Position numbers and translations under genes: made by a program. From the NCBI RefSeq assembly GCF_001194135.2, contig NC_068993.1:36493624-36557623 (forward strand): a stretch of DNA of 64,000 nt. The letters run 5' to 3'. The notes beneath the pieces were generated by a model. That model was given only the letters and a program-made list of their open reading frames with translations. It had not been told where the DNA came from and did not search any database. The stretch is from Octopus bimaculoides (lineage: Eukaryota). Shown here one piece after another: positions 1-11,722 of this stretch (the first letter of the stretch is position 1; every line of letters begins with the position of its first letter).

Positions 1-70
1 CCCACATTGGTTCTGCAGGAATATAAATAAAACATAAAAAAACAGACAGTGTTGGAACTCTTTTAAACAA

Positions 71-113
<43 letters not shown>

Positions 114-114
<1 letters not shown>

Positions 115-826
115 TCACTATTCTGTCTTTCATTACCATGTCATCACTGCAACATCATTTATTAAAGTTTATCACAGTCACTTCTTTCTCTAATTCTGCC
201 TGAAAACTCTCAGATTTTTCAATTCTATTTTACTATTATCAACATTTGCTGACTCATTAAATTATGCTACACAAATCCCAAAAGAATATTTTCTCATGTT
301 CTGACCACCTACCCCCCTCTCTCTCTCTGTGCCTTACTCTGTCTCTCTTACTCTCTCTTTCGATTACCACTCACTTCGCCAGGACTTCCTCCACCACCAC
401 CACAACCACCCTATATAAACTAACGCATGCACTCTGATTCCCCTACTCGATTTTAATACCTCTGTCGAAGAAATACGAATCTCAGAAGATGCTCAGATAA
501 GAAGTTTTGTCTTTTCAACCTCGTTCATATACTCTTCTATTTCTGCGTAGTTCATAAACCCCTTATTTTAGTTCTTTTCACTATTCTGTCTACTTCATTA
601 CCATGTCATCACCACAACACATTCATTCATTCATTCATTTATTCAAGTTTATCACACAGTCACTCATTTCTCTAATTTTGTCTCCGATTAGCTGACCGAA
701 AACTCAGATTTTTCAATTCTATTTTACTATTATCAACATTTGCTGTCTTGTTATACTATGCTACACAAATCCCAAAAGAATATTTTTCTCCTTCGTGTTC
801 TGACCACCAACCCCCCTCTCTCTCTC
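114..826 (+). repeat. Diverged direct repeat (copies ~114-329 and ~577-826)
   Basis: Shared blocks, e.g. cagatttttcaattctattttactattatcaacatttgctg and tatgctacacaaatcccaaaagaatatttt, in both copies. Confidence 0.85.
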
Positions 827-1783
827 GATCCCTTATTTGTTGGTCAATGAGGAAACTAGAAATAGATGAATGGTTAGTGAGAGCTGTGCGAGCCATGTAC
901 AGGGACGCTGTCAGTAAGGTGAAGGTCGGCAAAGAGTACAGTGAAGAATTCCGGGTAGAGGTAGGGGTCCACCAAGGTTCAGTCCTCAGCCCCCTCCTAT
1001 TTATCATAGTCCTCCAGGCTATAACAGAGGAATTCAAGACAGGATGCCCCTGGGAGCTCCTCTATGCTGATGACCTTGCTCTAATTGCTGAGTCACTATC
1101 AGAACTAGAGAAGTTTCAGGTGTGGAAGCAGGATTAGAATCGAAGGGCCTTAGAGTCAACCAAGCTAAAACCAAAGTCCTAATAAGTAGGAAGGCAGACN
1201 NNNNNNNNNNNNNNNNNNNNNNNNNNNNNNNNNNNNNNNNNNNNNNNNNNNNNNNNNNNNNNNNNNNNNNNNNNNNNNNNNNNNNNNNNNNNNNNNNNNN
1301 NNNNNNNNNNNNNNNNNNNNNNNNNNNNNNNNNNNNNNNNNNNNNNNNNNNNNNNNNNNNNNNNNNNNNNNNNNNNNNNNNNNNNNNNNNNNNNNNNNNN
1401 NNNNNNNNNNNNNNNNNNNNNNNNNNNNNNNNNNNNNNNNNNNNNNNNNNNNNNNNNNNNNNNNNNNNNNNNNNNNNNNNNNNNNNNNNNNNNNNNNNNN
1501 NNNNNNNNNNNNNNNNNNNNNNNNNNNNNNNNNNNNNNNNNNNNNNNNNNNNNNNNNNNNNNNNNNNNNNNNNNNNNCGCCTGACTGGCCTTCGTGCAGG
1601 TGACACGTAAAAGCACCTACTACACTCTCTGAGTGGTTGGCGTTAGGAAGGGCATCCAGCTGTAGAAACTCTGCCAAATTTAGATTGGAGCCTGGTGTTG
1701 CCATCCGGTTTCACCAGTCCTCAGTCAAATCGTCCAACCCATGCTAGCATGGAAAGCGGACGTTAAACGATGATGATGATGAT
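826..1783 (+). mobile_element. 5'-truncated RTE-clade LINE (RT core 826-1199, gap, 3'UTR and (GAT)n tail 1578-1783)
   Basis: Translation gives GVHQGSVLSPLLF, LLYADDLALIAES, GLRVN..KTKVL (RT motifs; one frameshift near 1130). After the gap lies a 3'UTR nearly identical to the copy at 2594-3095. Continuity across the gap is assumed. Confidence 0.88.
1200..1577. other. Assembly gap (N run)
   Basis: 378 N. Confidence 1.
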
Positions 1784-2593
1784 ATATATATATGGTATGA
1801 GGCACTCATTTAAGGATCTCAAACCACATGTATTGGCTCTGTGGTAAGAGGCTTGCTTCTCAACCACATGGTTCTGGGTTTTACTATAGTCTTCTACTAT
1901 TTTTTTGTTTATAGTTTATTTTCTCTTTATTTAAGAAATAATATAAATAAAATAAACAAAAACATAGAGCTATGATAATTTTGAATTATGGAGATTTTCC
2001 TCTCATAAACTAAATAAATTAGTATTTTATACTTGTTAGTTACTTAGAATAATGTTTATATCAGTAAGAATAAATAATGAGAGTAGTTATTATATATAAT
2101 TATATATCTTTTTGAATAATTATCCATATTTGAATATTATTGTAGTACTTGTGACTATTAAGTAGATATAATATTATACTCTTTCGAACATGTATACCCA
2201 TATAAATTTAGAGAATAAAAATATTGGATTAACATAATTTATTTCCTTCTGTAAAACTCTGATTATTTATTTATATATTATCTTTATTATGTAAATATTG
2301 GGAAAGTTTTATAATAATTGTAATTTTATGCATTTGTTTAACATCGGTATATTTGGTGGTAAAATATAGAGTGAATGAATTATTGATTAAGAAATTTTTT
2401 ATTGAATTTAGTGTCAGAATTATAAAGATCCTTATTTATATATCTATTTTCATTATAATATATAGTAATTTTAAATAAAATATATTTCCTACGCTACCAT
2501 AAATTTTCTAATATATTACATATTGTAAAGCCATAAAATGGTCAATGATTAGTAACAATTAAAATACTTTTAGATAAATATTATTGGAGATCC

Positions 2594-3095
2594 GTGGTGA
2601 GGCAAGACCTTCAAACATTGGGCCTCACCGAGGTGATGACTACTGACCGAGACCTTTGGAAATGTGCTGTGCGTGAGCAGACCCGGCAAGCCAAGTGAGA
2701 CCGTTGCCAGTGCCCCTGGACTGGCTCTTGTGCAGGTGGCACATAAGATGCACCAACTTGAGCATGGCCGTTGCCAGTACCGCCTGACTGGCCTTCGTAG
2801 GATTTTCGAGCGAGATCGTTGCCAGTGCCCCTGGACTGGCTCTTGTGCGGGTGGCACATAAAAGACACCATTTCGAGCGTGGCCGTTGCCAGTACCGCCT
2901 GACTGGCCTTCGTGTGGGTGACACGTAAAAGCACCCACTACACTCTCTGAGTGGTTGGTGTTAGGAAGGGCATCCAGCTGTAGAAACTCTGCCAAATTAG
3001 ATTGGAGCCAGGTGTTGCCATCCGGTTTCACCAGTCCTCAGTCAAATCATCCAACCCATGCTAGCATGGAAAGCAGACGCTAAACGATGATGATG
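2594..3095 (+). mobile_element. RTE LINE 3' end (ORF C-terminus ...DLQTLGLTEVMTTDRDLWKCAVREQTRQAK* + 3'UTR + (GAT)n)
   Basis: Near-identical copies at 1578-1783, 31404-31818 (-), 34347-34694, 35883-35985 (partial) and 53780-54192. The RTE fragment at 59262 continues into a related UTR. Confidence 0.85.
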
Positions 3096-3226
3096 TGAAT
3101 TTTCTTTACTTAATCATTTTATCCATTTGAATTTTTTTCTTTTTATTGTACTTATGTATTTGAAACAGTATTTTTGCAATTTGGCAGTCTTTGCATGGAA
3201 TTTTGTATGTTTTTTTTCTTTTAGCC

Positions 3227-3311
3227 AAGGCCTTGAAGAGGCTTGTATGCATAGATAGGATTTTTTTATAAATTCACTACTGTATATAAGTCTAAACAAA
3301 TTGTTGGCTTT
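3227..3311 (+). ncRNA. Degenerate hammerhead-like motif (core variants UUGAAGA and UAAA)
   Basis: Stem I AAGGCC/GGCUUU (6 bp), 12-bp stem II 3240-3251/3281-3292, near-palindromic stem III ACAAAUUGU, GUU triplet; the C3 and G12 positions deviate. Confidence 0.45.
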
Positions 3312-3442
3312 ATATGTGTTTTTTTTTTAAATTAGTTATGCTATCTTATATTATATTTTTTATAGTATATTATATTATGATGTAAATAAATTTTTAGTTT
3401 GTCAGTTGTATTTCTCTATTTCATTTAGAATATATAATTACA

Positions 3443-4020
3443 GAGGCATCAAATTGCTGGACCAAGTGATGAAAGTCATTGAAAGGGTCATAGCTCAATT
3501 AGGGAGAGAGTTAGCGTAGAGGAGATGCAGTTTGGGTTTGTGGCAGGCAGGAGCACAACTAATGCTATATTCCTGGTTAGGAAACTGCAGGAGAAATATC
3601 AAACCAAAAATAAACCCCTGTATCTAGTTTTTGTCGACATGGTAAAGCTCCCTTATTTGGTCGTTGATGCAGAAGCTAAGGATAGATGAGTAGCTGGTGA
3701 GAGCTGTATAAGTCATGTACAGGGATGCTGTCAGTAAGGTGAAGATTAGCAATGAATTTGGAGTACAAGAAATGTTAATCAAACAGACCAAATAAAGGAT
3801 TTTCAATCCACAGCCCTCTCTTGTTCATCATAGTCCTCCAGGCAATAACAGAGGAATTTTAAGATGGGCTGCCCCTAGGAGCTCCTCCATGCTGATGACC
3901 TTGCCCTTATAGCTGAACCACTATGGGATGAAGTTCAAATGTACAGAAAATAGACTCCATCAAATGCCAGTGGGAAAAACTAGAAGTGGTTGATAGCTTC
4001 CGTTATCTAGGTGATCTGTG
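3443..4020 (+). mobile_element. Degenerate RTE LINE RT fragment
   Basis: RGIKLLDQVMKVIERVI, QFGFV.GRSTTNAIFLVRKLQEKY..KNKPLYLVFVD, LLHADDLAL, VDSFRYLGD, with stops and frameshifts; homologous to 826-1199. Confidence 0.9.
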
Positions 4021-4426
4021 TCTCTACACTATCACAAGCTGCCATTCATAATTCCTAGTATCAAAGTGACAAAGTGACTAACAAATTGTTTTGTGAAGAT
4101 TGAGTATGGTTACTTTGCAGTCACATAGTCTCAGGATCAGTCCTGCTGCGCAGCACCTTTGGCAGTTTTTTTTTTTTCTTCTTATAGAGTATACAGCCAG
4201 TTAAATATATATACTTATTGTATATACCCAAAAAATATGAAAAATCAAAGCTAATTACTGTAACATTTAAAATCAGATGTAGAGATATAACTAAATAACG
4301 GAAACCATTTTGTTTGAAGTCCTACAAATTTTGTCAGTGTACCATTTTGTAATTAATTACCACTTAGTTAAAGAGAATTATTCAAAGAATAATTATTGCA
4401 AGTTGAAGATTATTATTACTAATATT

Positions 4427-4568
4427 AAGGCTGCAAGCTGGCAGGATCGTTAGCACGCCAGGCAAAATGCTAAGCATTTCATCTGTATTTACATTCCGAG
4501 TTCAAATTCTGCTGCGGTCAACTTTACCCTTCATCTTCTTGGTGTCGATAAGTACCAGTTGAGTACAA
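4427..4568 (+). mobile_element. tRNA-derived SINE family B, truncated copy
   Basis: Matches the 8273-8508 copy (gagttcaaattc B-box-like; tttcatc...ggtcgata..aagtaccagtt). Confidence 0.75.
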
Positions 4569-4656
4569 CACTTAGGTGTTGTCATTAAAGAGACTATAAC
4601 ACTGAAGTCATTGGTTAATTAGCCTGTATTTCTACAATGTTTTCTGTTTCCTGCAG

Positions 4657-4727
4657 GTAATCCAGAACGAAGTCAATGAAGGTGCTACTATTATTGATAA
4701 ACTATCTCCCACAAGAAAACGGATTTT
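4657..4727 (+). CDS. TMEM144: TMEM144 internal coding exon (71 nt; VIQNEVNEGATIIDKLSPTRKRI-L)
   Basis: Acceptor tttctgtttcctgcag| and donor |gtaagt. Ends in phase 2 (tt), matching the 1-nt start of the next exon. DKLS..RKRI resembles vertebrate TMEM144 'VDKLS...HRIVG'. Upstream exons were not found in the window. Confidence 0.8.
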
Positions 4728-4732
4728 GTAAG

Positions 4733-4929
4733 TACTCTTTTACTCTTATATTTGTTTCAGTCATTTGACTGTGGCCATGCTGGAGCACTGCCTTTAGCCA
4801 AACAAATCGACCCCAGAACTTATTCTTTGTAAGCCTAGTACTTAATCTATCGGTCTCATTTGCAAAATTGCTAAGTTACGGGGATGTAAACACACCAACA
4901 TCAGTTATCAAGCGATGATAGGGGGACAA

Positions 4930-5014
<85 letters not shown>

Positions 5015-5177
5015 TATACACACGATGGGTTTCTTTCAGTTTCTGTCTACCAAATCCACTCGCAAGGCTTTGGTTAGCCGGAGGCTATAGTAAAAGACAC
5101 TTACTCAAGGTGCCACACTGGGACTGAACCTGGAACCATGTGGTTGGGAAGCAAGCTTCTTACCACACAGCCACACC
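4733..5177 (-). mobile_element. tRNA-derived SINE family C, full length with internal (TA)n
   Basis: Minus-strand head gtggctgtgtggtaagaagcttgcttcccaaccacatggttccaggttcagtccc (A/B-box-like), CCTTG(G/A)GCAAG-type core, and (aagagta)n tail; many copies in the window. Confidence 0.85.
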
Positions 5178-7007
5178 ACTAATTATTCACTTTTGTATGT
5201 TACTGCATTGGATGTTAATGTTAGTGCATAGTTAGTGCATATTGTTTCTCTGTGTATCATCTTAATGTGTATGTGTACACATACATATCGTCATCATCCT
5301 TTTTCCATGCTGGCATGGGTTGGACGGGTTGACCAGAGTTGGCAAGCCAGAGAGCTGCACCAGGTTCCAGTCTGATTTGGCTTTCCTAATGCCAACTACT
5401 TTACAGTGTGTGCTGGGTGCATTGAATGTGTTGCACTGCACCAGCACAGGACTCTTGCAGGCCAATCCTCTTCACCAGGACGGACCGCCTTAACACTTCT
5501 GCTGTGGTGGATGGGTTGGTAAGAATATTTGCAGAACGGAATTTGACAATAATGTTAGCATCTAAGGGAGATAATTATTTTGAGTAATTTAATTTTTTAA
5601 CCAACTAAAATATTAAAAGTAGATTATTTCATTACTCTTTTTTTCCATAACTTGAACATTTTCTCAGAATAATGAGGAGTATTGACAGATCAAACTACAA
5701 AAATTACTCGAAAAATTCAATATTATAAGTATTCAAAAAAAATTCATCTAATAAATCTTAGAATATAATTGAATGTGAAGAAACCACACTGAAATTGAAG
5801 AATCTGCCATTTTTGCCAACATAGCTTGATTTAAAAAGAAAGGATAATCATTCATTTAACCCTTTCACCAGGACAGTCAGTTCTTTGATGTTGTCTAACC
5901 AAAAATATCCATCTTTGGGATATCACTACTATTACTGCAATAGCAAGAAATGGGATACAGTGACATTTATGCCTTTCTGTGCAGCATTAGTGATGTGAAA
6001 TGTTTAAAAGTTTATAATAGATGTGGCTGTGTGGTTAAGCAGCTTGCTTCCAAACATGTGGTCTCAGGTTCAATTCCACTGCACATATTTATAACTAGAG
6101 ATATGGAAATTCTGTCAGTTATCTCCCTTACATTATTTTCTATGTAGTTATTTGAAGTTAACTTGATATTCATTCTTTTAGACTGGATGTAAGGGTGCGT
6201 AGAAAATGTCTTATTGTGATGTTCATGCCTTTCTTATTGACATCAGTGAAGAAATATTGGCCTTTATTGAGAAGTGAGACATCAGCTCTCCTGGAGCATC
6301 CTGTCTTAACCTATGATGCCAGCTTGTACATTTTCATAACAATTATTTCATTTCACTAGAAACCTGGCTAATTTTTGTAGAGTATACTGTCAATTGAATG
6401 GACTTTAGTTATAAGCAGATGCCTTTGTAACTGACCCTGAGAGGGTGAAAGGCAAAATTGACCTCAGGGGGACTTCAATACAGAAAAGTTGAAGGATGAA
6501 ATCAAATACTGTAAAGCAACTACTGTAATTAGTTTTGTCCCCACCTCTCTGTTAGTCAATTCCGCTTCCCTGACACGTATACATCAAAGTAATCTTGCTG
6601 CTATTGGGTTTTTCTCCATTATGTTTGAACTTCATAGAAATTATGACTGACGAATTACTTAGCTGACCTGTAGTATTTTCATTACAAACATAACTAGCAA
6701 AGCAACAAGAGCTACACCTTTTGTAAATTATACTACATCTTTTGTAACTAATATAAATGATATAGTAATGCCACATATATAAAATGTTGTCCATCTTTTG
6801 TGTTTTTATTACACACTTGCACTACACTGTTCTAATAGCCAGCTCGTGTTCTGTGGAATTATTTTTATTTTGATTAGGAAGTTGGATTTTTAAGAGTTTT
6901 GGACATTTCTGAGTATTAATCTAGTGTTCATCTATGGTACACTTGTACAAGCATCTTCTCACTCATCGGATGTGTCTGTGTGTGTTTATACGTACATACA
7001 CACATAT

Positions 7008-7372
7008 GTGGAGGTGCAATGGCCCAGTGGTTAGGGCAGCGGACTCGCGGTCATAGGATTGCAGTTTCGATTTCCAGACCGAGCGTTGTGAGTGTTTATT
7101 GAGTGAAAACACCTAAAGTTCCACGAGGCTCCAGCAGGGGTTGGTGGCGAACCTTGCTGTACTCTTTCACCACAACTTTCTCTCACTTTTTCTTCCTGTT
7201 TCTGTCATACCTGCATTTCAAAGTGCCAGCCTTATCACACTCTGTGTCATGCTGAATCTCCCCGAGAACTATGTTAAGGGTAAACGTGTCTGTGGAGTGC
7301 TCAGCCACGAGCAGGCTGTTCCGTTGATCAGATCAACTGGAACCCTCGTCGTCATAACTGACAGAGTGCCAA
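7008..7372 (+). mobile_element. tRNA-derived SINE family A, full length
   Basis: Head tggcccagtggttagggcagcggactc...gtttcgatttcc (A/B boxes); high identity to 28791-29171 (-). Confidence 0.88.
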
Positions 7373-8272
7373 CACACACATATATATTCAACAAAAGCCA
7401 TGGGTTACAAAGCAGAAGTAACATCAGCCAACACCAACAAGACAATTTCATGCACAGAAATATGTTGGGCAACAAAGTGTTCCTTTAAGGCCAGATTGAA
7501 TATTCACAGATCCTCTTTTAAGAACCAGGTAAGAATTAATGTCACCACTTTAACCAGCTGTGAATGCCAATTAAAAGATGTAATGCAATATAACATCAAC
7601 AGAAGGTTATTAGGCTATATTTTAATGGAAGTAGGAGATGCAAACTCTGCTTAGCAGAGAATAATTCTTAAAAATTCACATGATCGCACTTGTTTAATAT
7701 AATGTTCAACGTTTCAAATAACTTGCCTTTAGTGTTTATCATATTGATTTCTCACACAGATACATGTTTGTGAATCTTGAACAATATATAACTTATATAA
7801 AATATGATATTGGATGGAACTTATTTTATTGGGCCCAAGAAGTTTACCAGGCAAGGTTGATCTTGGTGGGATTCGAAAGTTCGTAAAGAACCATAGCATA
7901 AACATCGCAAAGCATTTTCGTGAGAACGCTAACGATTTCGTCAATCCATATTGATGACATGATACAAAGCCAGATATTGATAGGGGAAACAACTCTTGTA
8001 GGATTTAAACTCAGGAAAATGAAATAGTGAATTTTTTCAACAGCTAGATTTGAACCCAAAAGGTAAATGGCTGCAGGTGAATACCGCAAGGGATTTTTCT
8101 TGGTGTTCTACCGATTCTGCTAATCCACAGCTCTGAGCTTTCTTAGTATTAATGTCATTTTCGAGCCAGTTTTGACTCAGTTTGTATTAACTCCATTTCA
8201 CTCCTGTAGGTAATGTTCCTGGGAAAGGCATAAGCATCACAACATCCATTTCTCTTCTGCTATAGATATGTA

Positions 8273-8508
8273 AAGGCGGCGAGCTGGCAGAATTGTTAGA
8301 ACGCCGGGCGAAATGCTTAGCGGTATTTCAACTGCCGTTACACTCTGAGTTTAAATTCCGCCAAGGTCGACTTTGCCTTTCATCCTTTCAGGGTCGATTA
8401 AATAAGTACCAGTTAGGCACTGGGGGGTCGATCTAATCGACTTAATCCCTTTGTCTGTCCTTGTTTGTCCCCTCTATGTTTAGCTCCCCTGTGGGCAATA
8501 AAGAAATA
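8273..8508 (+). mobile_element. tRNA-derived SINE family B, near full length
   Basis: gagctggcagaattgttag...ctgagtttaaattccgccaaggtcgactttgcctttcatcctttcagggtcgattaaataagtaccag. The central motif resembles Nin/Deu-type SINE domains (from recall). More than 15 fragments occur in the window. Confidence 0.85.
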
Positions 8509-8968
8509 TATACAAATATGAAACTTTCTATCTACACAAGTGACAAATAATTAAATGTGCAAGTAAAATAGCTGCTATGATAGTCAATATATCAGTTCAA
8601 GCCAATGATGGTTGCTCTAAGTAGGAGCTCAATGCATCAGAAATAGTCACCAAATCTCCTTCAAATCATACACATCTTAAATAAAAACGGAAGCATTGAA
8701 AGAAAAAAAGGACAAAACGACAAGATGGTCCAAGTTGGGATGCCTTTAATCATGCAAAATTCCAGAAGATAAACAACAAAACATGTCTGGCCTTGCTTGG
8801 AAATAAGTGAGGGTTGGCAACTGGAATGGTATCTACCTGCAGAAAATCTGCCTCAGCAAATTCTGTCTAATCCATGCAAGCAGAGAAAAGTGAATGTTAA
8901 ATGATGATGATGATGACACCAGTTGAATATTTCATGTTTCTGTAAACCAATTGTTTTCTTCATTTCAG

Positions 8969-9066
8969 AGGAACTGTTTTAGCTCTGGGTTCTGGATGCC
9001 TGTATGGTCTCAACTTTGTTCCAGCTATCTATATTCAAGATCATTATTCTGGTGCCAGTCCTAATG
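8969..9066 (+). CDS. TMEM144: TMEM144 internal coding exon (98 nt; GTVLALGSGCLYGLNFVPAIYIQDHYSGASPN-G)
   Basis: Acceptor ttttcttcatttcag| and donor |gtaggt, with phases compatible on both sides. SG.LYG..FVP.IYI.DH....GAS motif typical of TMEM144. Confidence 0.92.
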
Positions 9067-9914
9067 GTAGGTGGGAAAAATAGCTGTTTTTCTATATTGA
9101 GATATTTTAGGCAATTTCTCCTTTTAGAAAATTTTATATTTTTTCAAATTCCTCTTTAGAATATCAACTGACTCACAAAACCAGGACTTCACAATAGAAC
9201 CATTATATTAATCTTTTTTTTTTATACCAATCCACCTGAGAATGCCCTCAGATTCTATGATACAAGTTTCCTTTCTTAGAGTGATCTAAATTAAAACCCT
9301 CCATCAAAATTTCATCTTCTACCTTCTAAACATGAGCTTAATAACAGCAAAATTACTATTTTCAAAAATCAATTGAAACAACAGCAATATATTTCAAAGA
9401 ACTATGGCAATGAAAGAGTAGAACAGATGTCTTCAACAATAAAAAAGAAGGGGACTTACATCATCCGGCCTAAAATTTGTCTTTGTCTTCTGCTAACAAA
9501 ATATAGATAATATAACAAGTTAATAATAATAATAATAATAATAGGATAATAATAATGAACTTGTATACAGTGCTCAGGTACACTATAACTCATCAGAAAA
9601 ACTAACAAAAACTTCATGAACAGTACATGTCACTAATGAAGGAACTTTTTTAATAGTATTGGCTTTATATTATATATATTGTTTATATATATACATATTC
9701 TTTTACTTCTTTCAGTCATTTGACTGCAACCATGCTAGAGAACTGCCTTTAGTCAAACAAATTGACCCCAGGACTTATTCTTTGTAAGCCTAGTACTTAT
9801 TCAATCGATCTCTTTTGCTGAACTGCTAAGTTACGGGGACGTAAACACACCAGCATTGGTTGTCAAGCGATGGTGGGGGGACAAACACAGACACACAAAC
9901 ATACACACATATAT

Positions 9915-11544
9915 ATTGTATTATTTGTTCCTTTCTTATGGACAGAATCAGCACAGTTGATATATAGTGAACTGGATTACTGGCATAATGGAAGTTATTG
10001 TTTGTTTAAAATCGAAGGTGGGGGTACAATTTGCATGGGTTTGCATGAAAGTGCTTTGTTCTTAAGAAGGATCACAAACTATGTATTGTTTCATTGTATA
10101 AAAGAGGGTTAATATGATTTTGCCCAGAAATCACATTTTCAATATTTTATTTCTGCCCATCCCCACTGCAATTTCTTAATTTTCAACTTTTTTTTTACAA
10201 ATTTTTTTTTTCATCCATGTAAAAAATCTGGGAAATATATTCTTTTTTTAAAAGTTTAATTTTTCTTAAAGAACACTCAATGTCCCTTCCCCCACCTTGC
10301 CCACCCATCACCTACCCTATGTTTCACTTTCGTCTACTTTTTCACGCATGTGTAGAATTGTACTGAAATAGCTGACATAAAAAATATTAGAGCACCACCA
10401 GAAAACTTGACATGCTAGAAACAACAGGTAAATGACATTATTTCTGAAGGAACTTCCCCGCTTTCCAAAACACATTCTCAATATTTTAATTACTGAATCT
10501 ATTGATACCCCATACATCAAAATCGGCAACTCAGTTTTCAAATGTATTCGTTAATTTCCATAAAATTTTTTTTATTTCTTTATGCTTTGAAGAGAACAGT
10601 AATTGAAAGAGAAGAGAAAGTGAAACCGCGACATTTGCTTTGAAGTGAGAGCAGAAAATGAAAGAGAGTAGAAAGTGAATGATGTATGTCTGTATATATG
10701 AATTGGACGTGTTTGTGTGTGCATGCATGTGCGTGAGAGATAGAGAGAGAAGGAGATAGGGTGAGTGAAGGTGTGTGTTGTCATATATGTGTAAGTGGCA
10801 CTCACTCAGTCTCTCTTTCTTTCTTTCTCTCTCTCACGCACATCTTTCATATACATATACATAAATACACATGCATACATTTTTTCTGTATAAATATGTG
10901 CATGTGAGAGAGAAAGAGAGTGAGTGACTCAATTTTGTCATCATCACATATAGAGAAATGGATGTCTTTTAAGGTATACACTCATATGGAAAATGTGATG
11001 TTGTTGTCATCGTGGTATAATATGTTTACAATAGTTGACTTATAGAAATGATTATAATGTAAAATTTTTGTAATGCAAAAGATAGGTAAATGAAAATGAA
11101 GTTTATTTGGTAGTTGTAAGATTACTGAATCTTTTGATACCCTATACGTAAAAATTGGTAATTCAGTTTTCGAATGCATAAAGAAGATACACGCACACAC
11201 ACATGCAAACTCTCTTTTATATATATGGAAGACATTCCTGTCTGTCATTCTCTCTGTCTCTCACATTCCCCATGTGTCTGTCTCTTCCTGTCTCCTCCCC
11301 TTCGCTGATATCAGCCCCACTCATTATGCCACATTTCCCTGAACCTAACACTTTTGCACCCCTCTCATTTTATTATGTAATAGCCCAACCCCCATAGTTG
11401 GTCCATTATCGATTTTAATTGAAATCCAATTAGCCTATAATTGAACTGGATGTTAGTTCAACATGTATACAAAGTTTAGTGAAGATTGGTTCCCTGGTTT
11501 GGGTAGGAAGATGATAACAGACAGAAATTGTCATTTATATATGA
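9915..11544 (-). mobile_element. Longer related Helitron-like element (~1.6 kb), 3' terminus missing
   Basis: Begins TCATATATAAATG directly after the short element's CTGG. Shares 5' block 11470-11542 with 11625-11720, and 3' subterminal block 9915-9950 with 11592-11626. Confidence 0.55.
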
Positions 11545-11722
11545 CCAGCAATGCATCCCAGCGTTGCCTGAGTGTTATGCTCTACAGCTACATTGTATTA
11601 TTTGTTCCTTTCTTATGGGCTGAATCAGTTTGGTGAAGATTGGTTCCCTGGTTTGGGCAAGAAAATGATAACAGACAGATGTGCAAACAGACAAAGACGG
11701 AAATTGCCATTTATATATAAGA
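11545..11722 (-). mobile_element. Non-autonomous Helitron-like element (178 bp)
   Basis: Minus strand reads A|TCTTATATATAAA ... CTCAG-gcaacg-CTGGG hairpin ... CTGG|T: 5'-TC, subterminal hairpin, 3'-CTRR, A/T insertion, no TSD. Confidence 0.7.

Noticed and set aside
1890-2593. NUMT call
   Set aside because: Manual translation with the invertebrate mitochondrial code gave no recognisable ND/COX/ATP motif; left unassigned.
2570-3031. Recurrent antisense ORFs 'AEFLQLDALPNANHSESVVGAFTCH' (also 31501, 34293, 53750)
   Set aside because: Same repeat (RTE 3'UTR) read antisense; frames break differently between copies, so no evidence of coding selection.
7008-7085. tRNA-like sequence (also heads at 29095-29171, 32505, 51165)
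   Set aside because: A/B boxes are present but there is no complete cloverleaf and each continues into a SINE body; not tRNA genes.
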